From Thermoanaerobaculia bacterium (lineage in GTDB: Bacteria > Acidobacteriota > Thermoanaerobaculia > Multivoradales > UBA5704), in assembly GCA_039918595.1 (NCBI GenBank), contig JBDSHF010000028.1, forward strand, positions 5,370 through 69,369: a DNA stretch of 64,000 bases. Reading direction: 5' to 3'. The notes under the pieces were generated by a model. That model was not told the origin of the DNA and ran no database searches. It saw only the letters and a program-made list of their open reading frames with translations. Of this stretch, positions 46,318 to 55,865 are shown one piece after another (the first letter of the stretch is position 1; every line of letters starts with the position of its first letter). The position numbers were made by a program, and so were the translations under genes.

Positions 46318-47205
46318 TTAGGAGGGGTTCTGGCGCAGATCCGCCAGGATCTGTTCGAGGGCTCTGATCAGGTCTTCGGGATCGACCTCGCTCTGCCGGA
46401 AGCTCAGCGACAGACTGAACGTCCGGTCCGGCGCCTTGAAGCGGAAGACGTACGGCTTGCGGCGGCCGGACTTGCCCCCCTTGTCGCCGCGCCGCAGGCG
46501 CTGGCGGAGGTCGTCTCGGTTGAGGCCGCGGCGGGCCACCTCTTCCAGGAGGTCGATCATCTCCCCCTCGCTGCCAGCCTTCAGCACCTCCAGCAGCAGC
46601 GACTTTGAAGTGATCCCCAGCGCCTGGACGGTGTCGCGTACCCGTGGCGGCATCTGCAGCAGCGACAGGCTTTCGGTGACCACCGTGCGTGATTTGCCGA
46701 CCGAGTCCGAGATCTCCTCGTGGGTGTAGCCATGGCTTTCGGCGAGCATCCGGTACCCCTCGGCCTCCTCGAACGGGGTCAGATCCTTGCGCTGGAGATT
46801 CTCGATCAGGGCGATCTCAAGCGCTTCCTCGTCGGTTACGTCCATCTCGATCGCCGGCACCTCGTACAATCCAGCTTCCTGAGCCGCGCGGTAGCGCCGC
46901 TCGCCGGAGATGATCCGGTACAGGATGCCGCTGCCGGCTTCAATCGCTCCGAGATCGCCGCCCGGCGGCCAGGGGCGGACCAGGATCGGCTCCAGAATTC
47001 CTTTGTCACGAATGGAAGCTACGAGGTCGTCCAGATCGCCCATGGTCGAGCGCGGCTGCTTCGGGTCGGGCTCGATGGCGGACAGGGGGATCATCTTCCC
47101 CACCGGTGTCTCGTGACGCGCCGTGAGCTCCTCGACGAAGTGGGTGTCGTGACGCATCTTGACGCGCATGGGAAGGCCACCACGCTTGCGGACCGGTTCA
47201 GACAC
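46318..47205 (-). CDS. parB: Chromosome partitioning protein ParB/Spo0J
   Basis: ParB box GERRYRAAQEAGL and the HTH region. Confidence 0.85.
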   Translation of the reverse strand: MSEPVRKRGGLPMRVKMRHDTHFVEELTARHETPVGKMIPLSAIEPDPKQPRSTMGDLDDLVASIRDKGILEPILVRPWPPGGDLGAIEAGSGILYRIISGERRYRAAQEAGLYEVPAIEMDVTDEEALEIALIENLQRKDLTPFEEAEGYRMLAESHGYTHEEISDSVGKSRTVVTESLSLLQMPPRVRDTVQALGITSKSLLLEVLKAGSEGEMIDLLEEVARRGLNRDDLRQRLRRGDKGGKSGRRKPYVFRFKAPDRTFSLSLSFRQSEVDPEDLIRALEQILADLRQNPS

Positions 47206-47956
47206 GGCTCAACACCTCCTCCGAAAGACGATAGTACTCATAGGCTCCCGTCGACCTGGGCGCGAAGGTGAAGATCGACTCCCGATAGGCCGGGCTCTCC
47301 TCCAGCCGCACGCTCTTGGTGATCACCGTCTCGAAAACCTTGACGCCGAACACCCGCTGGATCTGCTCGTAGATGTCCTTGGCCAGCAGGGTCCGCTTGT
47401 CGTACATCGTGATCAGGGCCCCCAGGATCTGGAGCTGGGGGTTGGCCCGCACCTTGATCTTGTCGATCGTCTCCAGGAGATCGTCCGTTCCCTCCAGGGC
47501 GAAGTAGCTCGCCTGGATCGGGATCAGGACATGGGTTGCCGCTACCAGGGCATTCACCGTGATGATCCCCAGGGTCGGCGGCGTGTCGATGATGACGTAA
47601 TCGAAGTCGTCCTGGATGCGCTGGAGCTCGTCCTTCAGCCGGTAGTGGCTGTCCAGCTCGCCGATGAGCTTCGCCTCGACCTTGGCCAGGGCGATCGTCG
47701 AAGGGGCGATGTAGAGGTTTTCAATCTTCTCCGCCGGCCTGAGGATGTCCGAGAGGTGGACCTGATCATCGGTCAGGGCGTCGTAGATCGACATCCGTAG
47801 ATCGTGGATGTCGAGATAGGACATGGAGCTGTTGGCCTGGGGATCGAGATCCACCAGAAGCGTCTTCCTCCCCTTGCTGGCGAGGGCCGCGGCGAGGTTG
47901 ATGGCGGTGGTGGTCTTGCCGACTCCACCCTTCTGATTGGTGATGGCAATGATCAT
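47198..47956 (-). CDS. parA: Chromosome partitioning ATPase ParA/Soj
   Basis: Deviant Walker A KGGVGKTTTAINLAAALA. Overlaps parB by 8 nt. Confidence 0.9.
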   Translation of the reverse strand: MIIAITNQKGGVGKTTTAINLAAALASKGRKTLLVDLDPQANSSMSYLDIHDLRMSIYDALTDDQVHLSDILRPAEKIENLYIAPSTIALAKVEAKLIGELDSHYRLKDELQRIQDDFDYVIIDTPPTLGIITVNALVAATHVLIPIQASYFALEGTDDLLETIDKIKVRANPQLQILGALITMYDKRTLLAKDIYEQIQRVFGVKVFETVITKSVRLEESPAYRESIFTFAPRSTGAYEYYRLSEEVLSRV

Positions 47957-48012
47957 AGGAGGGGGGCAGTCTAAGGAAAGGCTCCGACCAGGTCAAGCGA
48001 GCACCGGCGCGA

Positions 48013-48034
48013 TGTCGGCGCGCCGACATTGCGG
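48013..48034. repeat. 22-nt palindromic motif tgtcggcgcgccgaca-ttgcggg (copy 1 of 2), upstream of parA
   Basis: The core GTCGGCGCGCCGAC is a perfect 14-bp palindrome. A second near-identical copy is at 62998-63021. Confidence 0.5.
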
Positions 48035-48080
48035 GTAAATGCATGATTTTTCGAGAGTTCCGGCCGCGGACGCCCCCTCA

Positions 48081-48581
48081 TCACATGGTCCACTTGCCGA
48101 GATCGTCGGGGCTGATCTCCTCGAGCCATTTCTTGAGCTTCTCTTCGTCGGTCGCGTCGGTCACGAGATCGACCGCCTGGGCCTTGTCGAGCACGGAGCG
48201 CAGGACGAAGATCGGCGAGCCGGTCCGCAGGGCGAGGGCAATGGCGTCGCTCGGCCGGGCATCGACGGTCGTGGCGCGCTCCTGGTTACGGATATGGATC
48301 ATGGCGAAGAAGGTGCTCTCCCGCAGGTCGGAGATCACGATCTTCTCGACCTGGCCGCCGAGCTGCTCGAGCAGCGAGCGCAGCAGGTCGTGGGTCATCG
48401 GCCGGGGGGGTTCCACTCCCTCGATGCGAAGCGCGATGGCGTTCGCCTCGAAGACGCCGATCCAGATCGGCAGGAACAACTGACTCCCGATGTCCCGGAG
48501 AATGACGATCGGGACGTTCGACGAGGGGTCCAGCATCAACCCCTTCACTTCCACCTGGAGCTCTTCGTTTGGGTTGCTCAT
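48081..48581 (-). CDS. Bifunctional nuclease family protein (DUF151/BFN domain)
   Basis: PIVILRDIGSQLFLPIWIG...ARPSDAIALALR pattern of the BFN domain. Confidence 0.65.
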   Translation of the reverse strand: MSNPNEELQVEVKGLMLDPSSNVPIVILRDIGSQLFLPIWIGVFEANAIALRIEGVEPPRPMTHDLLRSLLEQLGGQVEKIVISDLRESTFFAMIHIRNQERATTVDARPSDAIALALRTGSPIFVLRSVLDKAQAVDLVTDATDEEKLKKWLEEISPDDLGKWTM

Positions 48582-48625
48582 GCCCTATTCTGGGCGCGGG
48601 CAACGGGGCAGGTCAAGGACGGATT

Positions 48626-49966
48626 TCAGGAGGGGGCGAGGACTGGAACCGGCAGGCGCCGGCCGAGCAGGCTGTGTGGCAGAGCGGTCTCCACTTGGAC
48701 GCGGGTGACGCTGCCCAGGAGCGCCGGCTCGGGGCCGGTCGCGAAGTGGACCACGCGGTGGCAGGGGGTACGGCCGGTCTGGGTCCCCGGCTGCTTCCCC
48801 CACCCCGTCACGATCACCTCGAGCTCCTCCCCCACCAGCTCCCGGTTGATCTCTTCCTGGATCCCGTTCTGAAGCTGGAAGAGGCGCTGCAGCCGCTCGG
48901 AGGCGACCTCCGGTTGGACCGGGTCGCTCAGGCGCGGCGCCGCGGTGCCCGGCCGCGGCGAGTACATGAAGGCGTACATCGCGGCGAAGCGCACCTCGCG
49001 CACCAGCTCGAGGGTGCTCTCGAAGTCTTCTTCCGTCTCGCCCGGAAAGCCGACGATGAGATCGGTCGAGAGCGCCAGGTCGGGCCGCGCCCGGCGGAGC
49101 TGCCCGACGAGGTCGAGATACTCGCCACGGGTATAGCCGCGCCCCATGCGGCGCAGCACGCGGTCGGAGCCGGACTGCACGGGCAGATGCAGGTAGGGGC
49201 AGATGTTGGAGTGGCGCCCGATCTGCTCCACCATTCGCGGCGTGAAGTCGCGCGGATAGGAGGTGACGAAGCGCAGCCGCTGTACGCCCGGCATGCGGGC
49301 GATCTGGTCGAGAAGGTCGGCGAAGTCCCAGTCCCCCTCCGGCTCGCGCCAGTGGTTGACGGTCTGGCCCAGCAGCTCGATCTCCTGGAAGCCGTAGTCG
49401 AGGAGGTGCCGGACCTCGCGCAGGATTTCGGCGCTCGGCCGGCTCCGCTCGGGGCCGCGGGTCTTGGGGACGATGCAGAAGGTGCAGTTCTTGTTGCACC
49501 CTTCGATGATCGTCACCATCCCCTTGTACTCCCCGGCCCGGGAAACCGCGTCGATGTCGTACTGGCGGTTCTCCGGGAAGCCGGTCGCCACCACCCGCTC
49601 CCCCGCCCGGCGGCGCGCCACCACATCCTGCAGCTCGCCGACGCGCGCCGGCCCGAGCACGAAGTCGAGATCCGGCACCCGCTCGAGAGCTTTCTCCCCC
49701 TCCTGCTGGGCGACGCAGCCGCAGAGGCCGATCAGCAAGTCGCCGCGATTCCGCTTGAGCTGCCGGTACTCCCCCAGCCGCGAGTAGACCTTCTGCGCCG
49801 CTTTCTCGCGCACGCTGCAGGAGTTGAGAAGGATGATGTCCGCCTCTTCCGGCTCGCGGGTGGGGAGGATTCCCTGCTGCATGAGCTGACCCGCCATGCG
49901 CTGGGTATCCAGCTCGTTCATCTGGCAGCCCCAGGTCTCGATGAAGAAGCGGCGGGGGGGATTCAT
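48626..49966 (-). CDS. miaB: tRNA-2-methylthio-N6-dimethylallyladenosine synthase
   Basis: FFIETWGCQMNELD. Radical-SAM CNKNCTFC. TRAM domain. Confidence 0.9.
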   Translation of the reverse strand: MNPPRRFFIETWGCQMNELDTQRMAGQLMQQGILPTREPEEADIILLNSCSVREKAAQKVYSRLGEYRQLKRNRGDLLIGLCGCVAQQEGEKALERVPDLDFVLGPARVGELQDVVARRRAGERVVATGFPENRQYDIDAVSRAGEYKGMVTIIEGCNKNCTFCIVPKTRGPERSRPSAEILREVRHLLDYGFQEIELLGQTVNHWREPEGDWDFADLLDQIARMPGVQRLRFVTSYPRDFTPRMVEQIGRHSNICPYLHLPVQSGSDRVLRRMGRGYTRGEYLDLVGQLRRARPDLALSTDLIVGFPGETEEDFESTLELVREVRFAAMYAFMYSPRPGTAAPRLSDPVQPEVASERLQRLFQLQNGIQEEINRELVGEELEVIVTGWGKQPGTQTGRTPCHRVVHFATGPEPALLGSVTRVQVETALPHSLLGRRLPVPVLAPS

Positions 49967-50853
49967 CAGCGGCCTCGAAGGCTCGGAGGTGGGGACTTGA
50001 TGCTGTCGTTCTCGATCACCGGCGGCTCGATCGACTGCAGGGCCGGCACCGGCTCTTTCCGCTTGCCGCTCTCGTCCGCGGGCTCCTCTTCAGACCCTTC
50101 GTCCAGCCAGCCGGGCTGGGCGCCGGCGGCCCGCCCCTCCTCGAGGAACTTGGCGAGGTCCCGGCGGGCGGTGTCGACGTCGAGCCGCGCCTGCCGCAGA
50201 CGGTCGAGAACCCGGTCCCAATCCGGCTTGACCTGGGTGTCGCGCAGGAAGGTATCGGTCTCGCCGTAGAACTTCTGGCGCAGCTCGGCGGACTTCCGCT
50301 CCAGCTCCTTGACCTCGTCGGCCACGTGGCGCCAGCTCTCGCGGAGCTGGCGAGCCCGGCTGCGCCAGTGCTGCTCGTCGCGGGCTTCGGCCTCGGCGGC
50401 CGCGACCAGCGGGCTCGCCGTTTTGGTCTTGTTCTTGTCTTTCTTCGTGTCGGCGATGGTGATCTGCCCCTTGCTCGCGTACCTGGGCAAGGTTTTGTCG
50501 TTGATCACCACGCTCGATTTCTTGCCGGCGCCGGCGCGCCGCTGCCGTTCGGCGTGAGCGGCTTCGAACAGGGTGGCCGGCGCCAAGGCGGCGTCCTCCA
50601 CACCGGCATCGACGACCACCGGCGCGGCGTCCCCCGTCTTCTCGCGCGCGGCGGCGATCTCGACCGGTGCCGGAGCCTGGGGCGGCGCGTCGGCGGTGGC
50701 GGCGGGAGCCGGCTGCTCTTTCGGCGCCTCAGGGGCCTTGGAACGGGTGACCGGCTGGGGGGCGCTACGGCATCCCGCGATGCTGAGCGTGACGCCCAGG
50801 GCCAGGAGGGCCGCGATCAACAGGGCGATGCGGAACGATCTAAGCTCGGCCAT
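49966..50853 (-). CDS. Putative lipoprotein with Ala/Pro-rich and coiled-coil regions
   Basis: N-terminal LLIAALLALGVTLSIAGC lipobox-like sequence. Low-complexity body. Confidence 0.5.
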   Translation of the reverse strand: MAELRSFRIALLIAALLALGVTLSIAGCRSAPQPVTRSKAPEAPKEQPAPAATADAPPQAPAPVEIAAAREKTGDAAPVVVDAGVEDAALAPATLFEAAHAERQRRAGAGKKSSVVINDKTLPRYASKGQITIADTKKDKNKTKTASPLVAAAEAEARDEQHWRSRARQLRESWRHVADEVKELERKSAELRQKFYGETDTFLRDTQVKPDWDRVLDRLRQARLDVDTARRDLAKFLEEGRAAGAQPGWLDEGSEEEPADESGKRKEPVPALQSIEPPVIENDSIKSPPPSLRGR

Positions 50854-51193
50854 AACGATCCTCGAGTCTCACCACGTCGTCGAGCTCCGGGGTGGAGACC
50901 TCGATGATGTCGCAGCCGTTCTCGCCCGCGACCATCCGGTGCTTGGTTCCGGGCGTGATGCGGTAGGAATCCCCGCCGCGGAGGACGGTGCTGACCAGCG
51001 CGCCCTCCTCCTCCACCACCAGCTCCACCTCCCCCTCGGAGAGGTAGAGGGTCTCGTCCTTGATCTCATGGTACTGAAGCGAGAGCGCCTCTCCGGCGTT
51101 GACGTGCAGGATCTTTCCGACGTAGCGGTCGGTATGGGCGAAGATCAGCTCGTAGCCCCAGGGCTTCTCCACTCGGCGAATCGGCAAACGCAT
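50840..51193 (-). CDS. Cupin-domain protein (mannose-6-phosphate isomerase type II C-terminal-like)
   Basis: EKPWGYELIFAHTDRYVGKILHVNAGEALSLQYHEIKDETLYLSEGEVEL is a cupin_2 motif. It forms the 3' part of a long shadow ORF in the track. Confidence 0.55.
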   Translation of the reverse strand: MRLPIRRVEKPWGYELIFAHTDRYVGKILHVNAGEALSLQYHEIKDETLYLSEGEVELVVEEEGALVSTVLRGGDSYRITPGTKHRMVAGENGCDIIEVSTPELDDVVRLEDRYGRA

Positions 51194-51219
51194 TGCAAGT
51201 CCCTCTCGGAAGTCGATTT

Positions 51220-52995
51220 CTAGACGCCGGATGCGCTCACCCGCAAGGGTAGGGAGCACTCGAAGTAACGGCTCATGTGGCGCTCCACCTCGGCGGCGGT
51301 GCTGTGCTCCATGCACCCCTCGACGAGCTCGGCCAAGCCGGACGCGGTCGCCTCGCGGAGCCAGCTCTTGACCTCGGGGATCTGGCGCGGGCTCATCGAG
51401 AGGCGCCGCAGCCCCAGGCCCACCAGCAGCAGCGCGAAGCGCGGATCCGCGGCCATCTCGCCGCAGAGCCCCACCTCGATTCCCGCCGCTCGAGCGCTGT
51501 CGATGACAAAGCGTAACATGCGCAGAATCGCCGGATGCAGCGGCTGATAGAGGCTCGCCACGTGCTCGTTGTTGCGGTCGACCGCCATCGAGTACTGGAT
51601 GAGGTCGTTGGTGCCGATCGAGAAGAAGTCGACCTCGCGCGCCAGGATGTCGGCGATGACGGCGGCGGCGGGGACCTCGATCATGACGCCGAGCCGCACG
51701 TCGCGGCGGAAGGGCAGCCCCTCCCGCTCGAGCTCGGCCATGACCTCGTCGGCGAAGGCGCGGAACTGCCGCACCTCCTCGACGGTGCTCACCAGCGGCA
51801 GCATGATCCAGAGATTGCCGTACAGCCCGGCGCGATAGAGCGCCCGGATCTGGCTGCGGAAGACCTCCGGACGCGCCAGGGTCAGGCGGATGCCGCGCAG
51901 CCCCAGGACCGGGTTCTCCTCGCGCGTCGCCATCATCTCGCGCGCCAGCTTGCGCCCTCCCAGATCGTAGGTGCGGATGATCGCCGGGTGGGGCGCCGCG
52001 AACTCGACCAGGCGGCGGTAGATCTGGACGTGCTCCTCCTCGGTCGGCATCTGCGGGCTCTTCTCGATGTAGAGGAACTCGCTGCGGTAGAGGCCGACGC
52101 CGGCGGCGCCGAACATCGGCACCTCGTCGACCTCCTCGGGGAGGTCGATGTTGGCCATGAGCTGGACCTCGACCCCGTCCCGGGTCACCGCCGCGAGCTC
52201 GGCGGTCGCCAGCAGGTCGCGATCGCGGAGCTCGATCTCGATCTTGCGCTTGCGGTACTGCTGGAGCACCTCTTCGGTGGGATAGAGGATCACCGAGCCG
52301 GTCTCGCCGTCGACGATGATCGGGGCCTCGTCGCGCATCATGCTCATCACCCCCACCAGGCCGGCCACGGCCGGGATGTTGAGGGAACGGGCGATGATCG
52401 TGGTGTGCGAGGTCCGGCCGCCGGAGCCGATGGCGAAGCCGATCACCCGTTCGCGGCCGAGACGGATGGCGTCGGAGGGGGTGAGGTCGTCGGCCACGAT
52501 GACGATGTCCGCCGGCAACTCGGAGAGATCGTGATGGGCGATCCCCTGCAGGCTGCGCAGCAGGTGGCGGCTGACGTCGGTCAGATCCTCGCTGCGCTCG
52601 CGGATGTAAGGGTCGTCCATGTGCGCGAAGCGGTGGTCGAGCTCCTCGGCGGTCTTGTGCACCGCCCACTCGGCATTGACCTGCTGGGTGCGGATCCGCT
52701 CCTCCACCCGGCCCAGGAACTTGACGTCCGAAAGCAGGAGGACATGGGCGTCGAAGATGGCGGCGAGGTCGTTGCCAAGGTCTTCCTCGGCCCGCGCGCG
52801 CAGGCGCTGCAGCTCGCCGCGGGCATGGCGGGCCCCCTCGCGCAGGCGGGCGACCTCCCCTTCCACCTGGGATTCGGGAATGTGGAGGCGGAAGACCTCC
52901 GGGCCGCGGGTCTCCAGACAGACGGCGCGGCCGATGGCGATGCCGTCGGAGACCCCCATTCCCTGTAGGACCTGCATCGGCTCGGCTGCCCGCAT
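51220..52995 (-). CDS. ptsI: Phosphoenolpyruvate-protein phosphotransferase (PTS Enzyme I)
   Basis: GIGVSDGIAIGRA. The catalytic His region GGRTSHTTIIARSLNIPAV. PEP-utilizing C-terminal domain. Confidence 0.9.
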   Translation of the reverse strand: MRAAEPMQVLQGMGVSDGIAIGRAVCLETRGPEVFRLHIPESQVEGEVARLREGARHARGELQRLRARAEEDLGNDLAAIFDAHVLLLSDVKFLGRVEERIRTQQVNAEWAVHKTAEELDHRFAHMDDPYIRERSEDLTDVSRHLLRSLQGIAHHDLSELPADIVIVADDLTPSDAIRLGRERVIGFAIGSGGRTSHTTIIARSLNIPAVAGLVGVMSMMRDEAPIIVDGETGSVILYPTEEVLQQYRKRKIEIELRDRDLLATAELAAVTRDGVEVQLMANIDLPEEVDEVPMFGAAGVGLYRSEFLYIEKSPQMPTEEEHVQIYRRLVEFAAPHPAIIRTYDLGGRKLAREMMATREENPVLGLRGIRLTLARPEVFRSQIRALYRAGLYGNLWIMLPLVSTVEEVRQFRAFADEVMAELEREGLPFRRDVRLGVMIEVPAAAVIADILAREVDFFSIGTNDLIQYSMAVDRNNEHVASLYQPLHPAILRMLRFVIDSARAAGIEVGLCGEMAADPRFALLLVGLGLRRLSMSPRQIPEVKSWLREATASGLAELVEGCMEHSTAAEVERHMSRYFECSLPLRVSASGV

Positions 52996-53264
52996 CAGCT
53001 CTCCTCGTCGAATCGATTGGCGATGAGCGTCGTCACGGCCCGCACGGCGTCTTCCTCGTCCTGCCCCTCGGCGCGGACGGTCACCTGGCTCCCCTGACCC
53101 GCCGCCAGCAGGAGAATGCCGAGGATGCTCTTGGCGTCGACCTCCTCGCCGTCTTTCACCACCGTGATCCGGCTCTGGAAGTTACCGGCGGTGTGCACCA
53201 GCTTGGCGGCCGCCCGCGCGTGCAGGCCCAGCCGGTTGACGATCTCCGTCTGGCGCTCGATCAT
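52995..53264 (-). CDS. ptsH: Phosphocarrier protein HPr
   Basis: GLHARAAAKLV (His15 region) and KSILGILLLAAGQGSQV (Ser46 region). Start MIERQ with a GGAGGAG RBS. Confidence 0.85.
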   Translation of the reverse strand: MIERQTEIVNRLGLHARAAAKLVHTAGNFQSRITVVKDGEEVDAKSILGILLLAAGQGSQVTVRAEGQDEEDAVRAVTTLIANRFDEES

Positions 53265-53722
53265 GAGGGCTCCTCCGCCTTGACCGGGACCGGGATCGCG
53301 CAGCTCGGCCCGCAGCTTCGCCCTTTGTCCAGATCCCCGGCCAGGCAGACGCTGCGCTGCCCCTTGTCCTGCAGCCAGTGGGCGAGCTCGGAGACGGTGC
53401 CTTTCTCGGCTCCCGTCTGGCAGGCCAGGCGCAGGACCATCGGCAGGTTCACCCCGGTCAGCACCTCGAACTTGTCCGCCTGGTAGAAGGTCATCGAGAT
53501 GTTGCAAGGCGTGCCGCCGTACATGTCGGTCAGGATGAGCACCCCCTGCCCCTGGTCGAGCCGCTCCAGGGCGGCGGCCACCTTGCTCCGCGCCTCGTCG
53601 AAGCCGTCGCTCCAGTCGAGCGACAGCGCCTCGAACCCGTTCAGCGAGCCCGAGATGGTATTCGCAGCGGCCAGGAGCTCGCGCGCCAGACCGCCATGAG
53701 TCAGGATCAGTTTTCCGATCAT
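53261..53722 (-). CDS. PTS EIIA component, mannose/fructose class
   Basis: MIGKLILTHGGLA...LILTDMYGGTP are EIIA-Man signatures. Its stop overlaps the ptsH ATG (ATGA). Confidence 0.8.
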   Translation of the reverse strand: MIGKLILTHGGLARELLAAANTISGSLNGFEALSLDWSDGFDEARSKVAAALERLDQGQGVLILTDMYGGTPCNISMTFYQADKFEVLTGVNLPMVLRLACQTGAEKGTVSELAHWLQDKGQRSVCLAGDLDKGRSCGPSCAIPVPVKAEEPS

Positions 53723-53809
53723 CGGCTTAGAAACACTCCCAGAATGGTAACCCGCTTGTTCTCCCCACGATTCCGCCCGCTCGGCACCGGATCAATCAAC
53801 ACCCGTGAA

Positions 53810-54712
53810 TCAGCGAGCGATGTCGCGGTGGATCACCCGCGCCGGCCAATCCTGCTCTTCCAGCGCCAGCTTCAGTCGTTCGGCGACGGCCACCGACCGG
53901 TGCCGCCCCCCCGTGCAGCCGATCGCCACCGAGAGATAGCTCCGGTTCTCGCGGCGGTAACGCGGCAGCAGATAGACCAGCAGGTCGGTCAGCCGGCCGA
54001 CCAGCTCCGCGAAGTCCGGCTGCTGGTCGAGATAGTCTTGTACCCCTTCGTCCTGCCCCGTCTGCTCGCGCAACCCGGGAACGAAGTGCGGGTTGGGCAG
54101 GAACCGCACGTCGAAGAGCAGGTCGGTACCGTAGGGGATGCCGTGCTTGAAACCGAAGCTTACCAGGGAGACGACCATTCCGGGCTCTTCGCCGGGATTG
54201 GTGGCGAACTCGCGGTAGACCTGGCTGCGGATCTCGTGGATCGACCAGGAGCTGGTGTCGAACACCATGTCGGCGCGGGCGCGCAGCTCCGCCAGCACCT
54301 CCCGCTCGCGGCGGATCCCCTCGATCACCGGCTGGTCCGGCGCCAGGGGGTGGGGGCGCCGGGTCTCGGAGAAGCGCCGCACCAGCACCTCGTCCGAGGC
54401 TTCGAGGAAGAGCAGCCGGGGGTCGATGCGGTCGCGGTCGATCTCGGCGAACAGGCGCGGGAACTCCTCGGCGAAGCCGGGAGCGCGCACATCGGTGACC
54501 ACGGCGATGCGGTCGTTGCCGCGCACCAGCTCCAGCGGGTTGTCGAGGAAGAGGCGCAGCAGGGGGAGCGGGAGGTTGTCGACCGTGTAATACGAGAGAT
54601 CCTCGAAGCACTTGGCGACCACGCTCTTGCCCGACCCCGAGAGGCCGGTGATGATGACGAGCCGGGCGGTACTCACCAAGGAGCTACCGGGGGGCTTTGC
54701 GGTTTCGTTCAA
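53810..54712 (-). CDS. rapZ: RNase adapter protein RapZ (YhbJ/YvcJ)
   Basis: Walker A ITGLSGSGKSVV. C-terminal GCTGGRHRS motif. Confidence 0.85.
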   Translation of the reverse strand: MNETAKPPGSSLVSTARLVIITGLSGSGKSVVAKCFEDLSYYTVDNLPLPLLRLFLDNPLELVRGNDRIAVVTDVRAPGFAEEFPRLFAEIDRDRIDPRLLFLEASDEVLVRRFSETRRPHPLAPDQPVIEGIRREREVLAELRARADMVFDTSSWSIHEIRSQVYREFATNPGEEPGMVVSLVSFGFKHGIPYGTDLLFDVRFLPNPHFVPGLREQTGQDEGVQDYLDQQPDFAELVGRLTDLLVYLLPRYRRENRSYLSVAIGCTGGRHRSVAVAERLKLALEEQDWPARVIHRDIAR

Positions 54713-55679
54713 GCTGAGCCTCGAGTTTGCGCGCGAACTCCCGGGCCGAGTGGTGCCCCTGCAGCTTCAGCACGTGGTTGCGCGCCGCGATCTCGACCAG
54801 GATGCTGATGTTGCGCCCCATGGCGACCGGCATGCGGATGTAGGGGCAGGGGGTCTCCAGGATGTGGAACACCGTCTCGTCGAGGCCGAGCCGGTCGTAG
54901 GTCCGGCCGTCGCGCCAGTGCTCCAGCTCGATCACCAGGTCGATCGTGGTCCGCTCGCGCACCGAGGCGAGGCCGAACAGGTCCTGGACGTTGATGATCC
55001 CGATCCCCCGCAGCTCCATGTGGTGGCGCAGCGGCCCCTCGTTGTAGCCGACCAGCTCGCCGTTCGGGTAGCGCTTGACCTGCACCTTGTCGTCCGCCAC
55101 CAGGCTGTGGCCGCGGGTGATCAGGTCGAGGGCCGACTCGCTCTTGCCCACCCCGCTCTCGCCGATCAGCAGCACGCCGAGACCGTAGATCTCGAGCAGC
55201 ACGCCGTGCAGCGAGGTCGAGGGGACCAGGTGGTCCTCCAGGAAGTAGCTGATCCCCTTGATGACGTTCGACGACAGGGCGGGCGAGGAGAGGACGGGCA
55301 CCTCGCGGTTCTGGCAGAGCGAGAGGAAGCCGGGGAGCGGCGGCAGCCCCTTGGTGATGACGAACACCGGCACCGGCAGGCTGGTGATGCGGTCGAGCCG
55401 CTCCAGCCGCTCCTCCTCCTCGAGCGTCTTCAGGTACTCGGCCTCGCTCTCGCCGATGATCTGCACCCGCCCCGGCTTGATGTAGGCGTAATAGCCGGCG
55501 AAGGCGAGCCCCGGCTTCTGCACCCGTGGATGGGTGATCAGATTGTCCAGGTGCGACTGGCCGGAGAGGATGCTGAGGCGGAGGTAGCTCAGCTCCTCCC
55601 CCATCAGCTCCGCGACCGGCACCGCGCCGCTCCCGGGCTCCATCAGATACGTTTCCGGATGCGTTTCGCTCTCCATCAC
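54684..55679 (-). CDS. hprK: HPr kinase/phosphorylase
   Basis: GVLLEIYGLGVLLIGESGVGKSESALDLI is the P-loop. HprK C-terminal domain. Confidence 0.9.
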   Translation of the reverse strand: MMESETHPETYLMEPGSGAVPVAELMGEELSYLRLSILSGQSHLDNLITHPRVQKPGLAFAGYYAYIKPGRVQIIGESEAEYLKTLEEEERLERLDRITSLPVPVFVITKGLPPLPGFLSLCQNREVPVLSSPALSSNVIKGISYFLEDHLVPSTSLHGVLLEIYGLGVLLIGESGVGKSESALDLITRGHSLVADDKVQVKRYPNGELVGYNEGPLRHHMELRGIGIINVQDLFGLASVRERTTIDLVIELEHWRDGRTYDRLGLDETVFHILETPCPYIRMPVAMGRNISILVEIAARNHVLKLQGHHSAREFARKLEAQLERNRKAPR

Positions 55680-55864
55680 CCATCCTCATCGCGCAGGAGA
55701 TCGTACACCCGCGCCGCGTCGTGCAGGCCGAGGAGCCGGCCGGCATGACCGTCCGCCTTGATCCAGCGCGAGATGGCGGCCAGGGCGCGCAACACTCCGG
55801 GTCGATCGGTCGCCGGCAGATCCGGGAAGATCAGCTCCGGCCGGGTCAGCGCGCCGAGGCCCAC
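55676..55864 (-). pseudogene. ptsN: Possible ptsN (EIIA-Ntr) N-terminal remnant, 62 aa, ending where GSTGIG...AIPH would begin
   Basis: ELIFPDLPATDRPGVLRALAA...VYDLLRDEDG aligns with the PtsN N-terminus up to the conserved ...REKLG position, then stops. Its stop overlaps the hprK ATG. No continuation in other frames. Confidence 0.3.
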
Positions 55865-55865
55865 C

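Noticed and set aside
50840-52669. 609-aa ORF on the minus strand (also 48569-50269, 43103-44614, 43756-45690, 44984-46228, 35462-36841, 40490-41995, 53378-54808, 54612-55748, 55758-57290, 58799-60235, 60457-61389, 60886-61935, 37793-38917, 38169-38939, 42401-43168, 34052-34852 and 31568-32272)
   Set aside because: These are Arg/Pro/Gly-rich, low-complexity translations in alternative frames or antisense to well-supported genes (ptsI, miaB, lptFG, metK, TPR genes, rapZ/hprK, rpoN, lptCA, recJ, trmH, GT). They are typical shadow ORFs of high-GC DNA. Only the 3' cupin segment of 50840-52669 is real.
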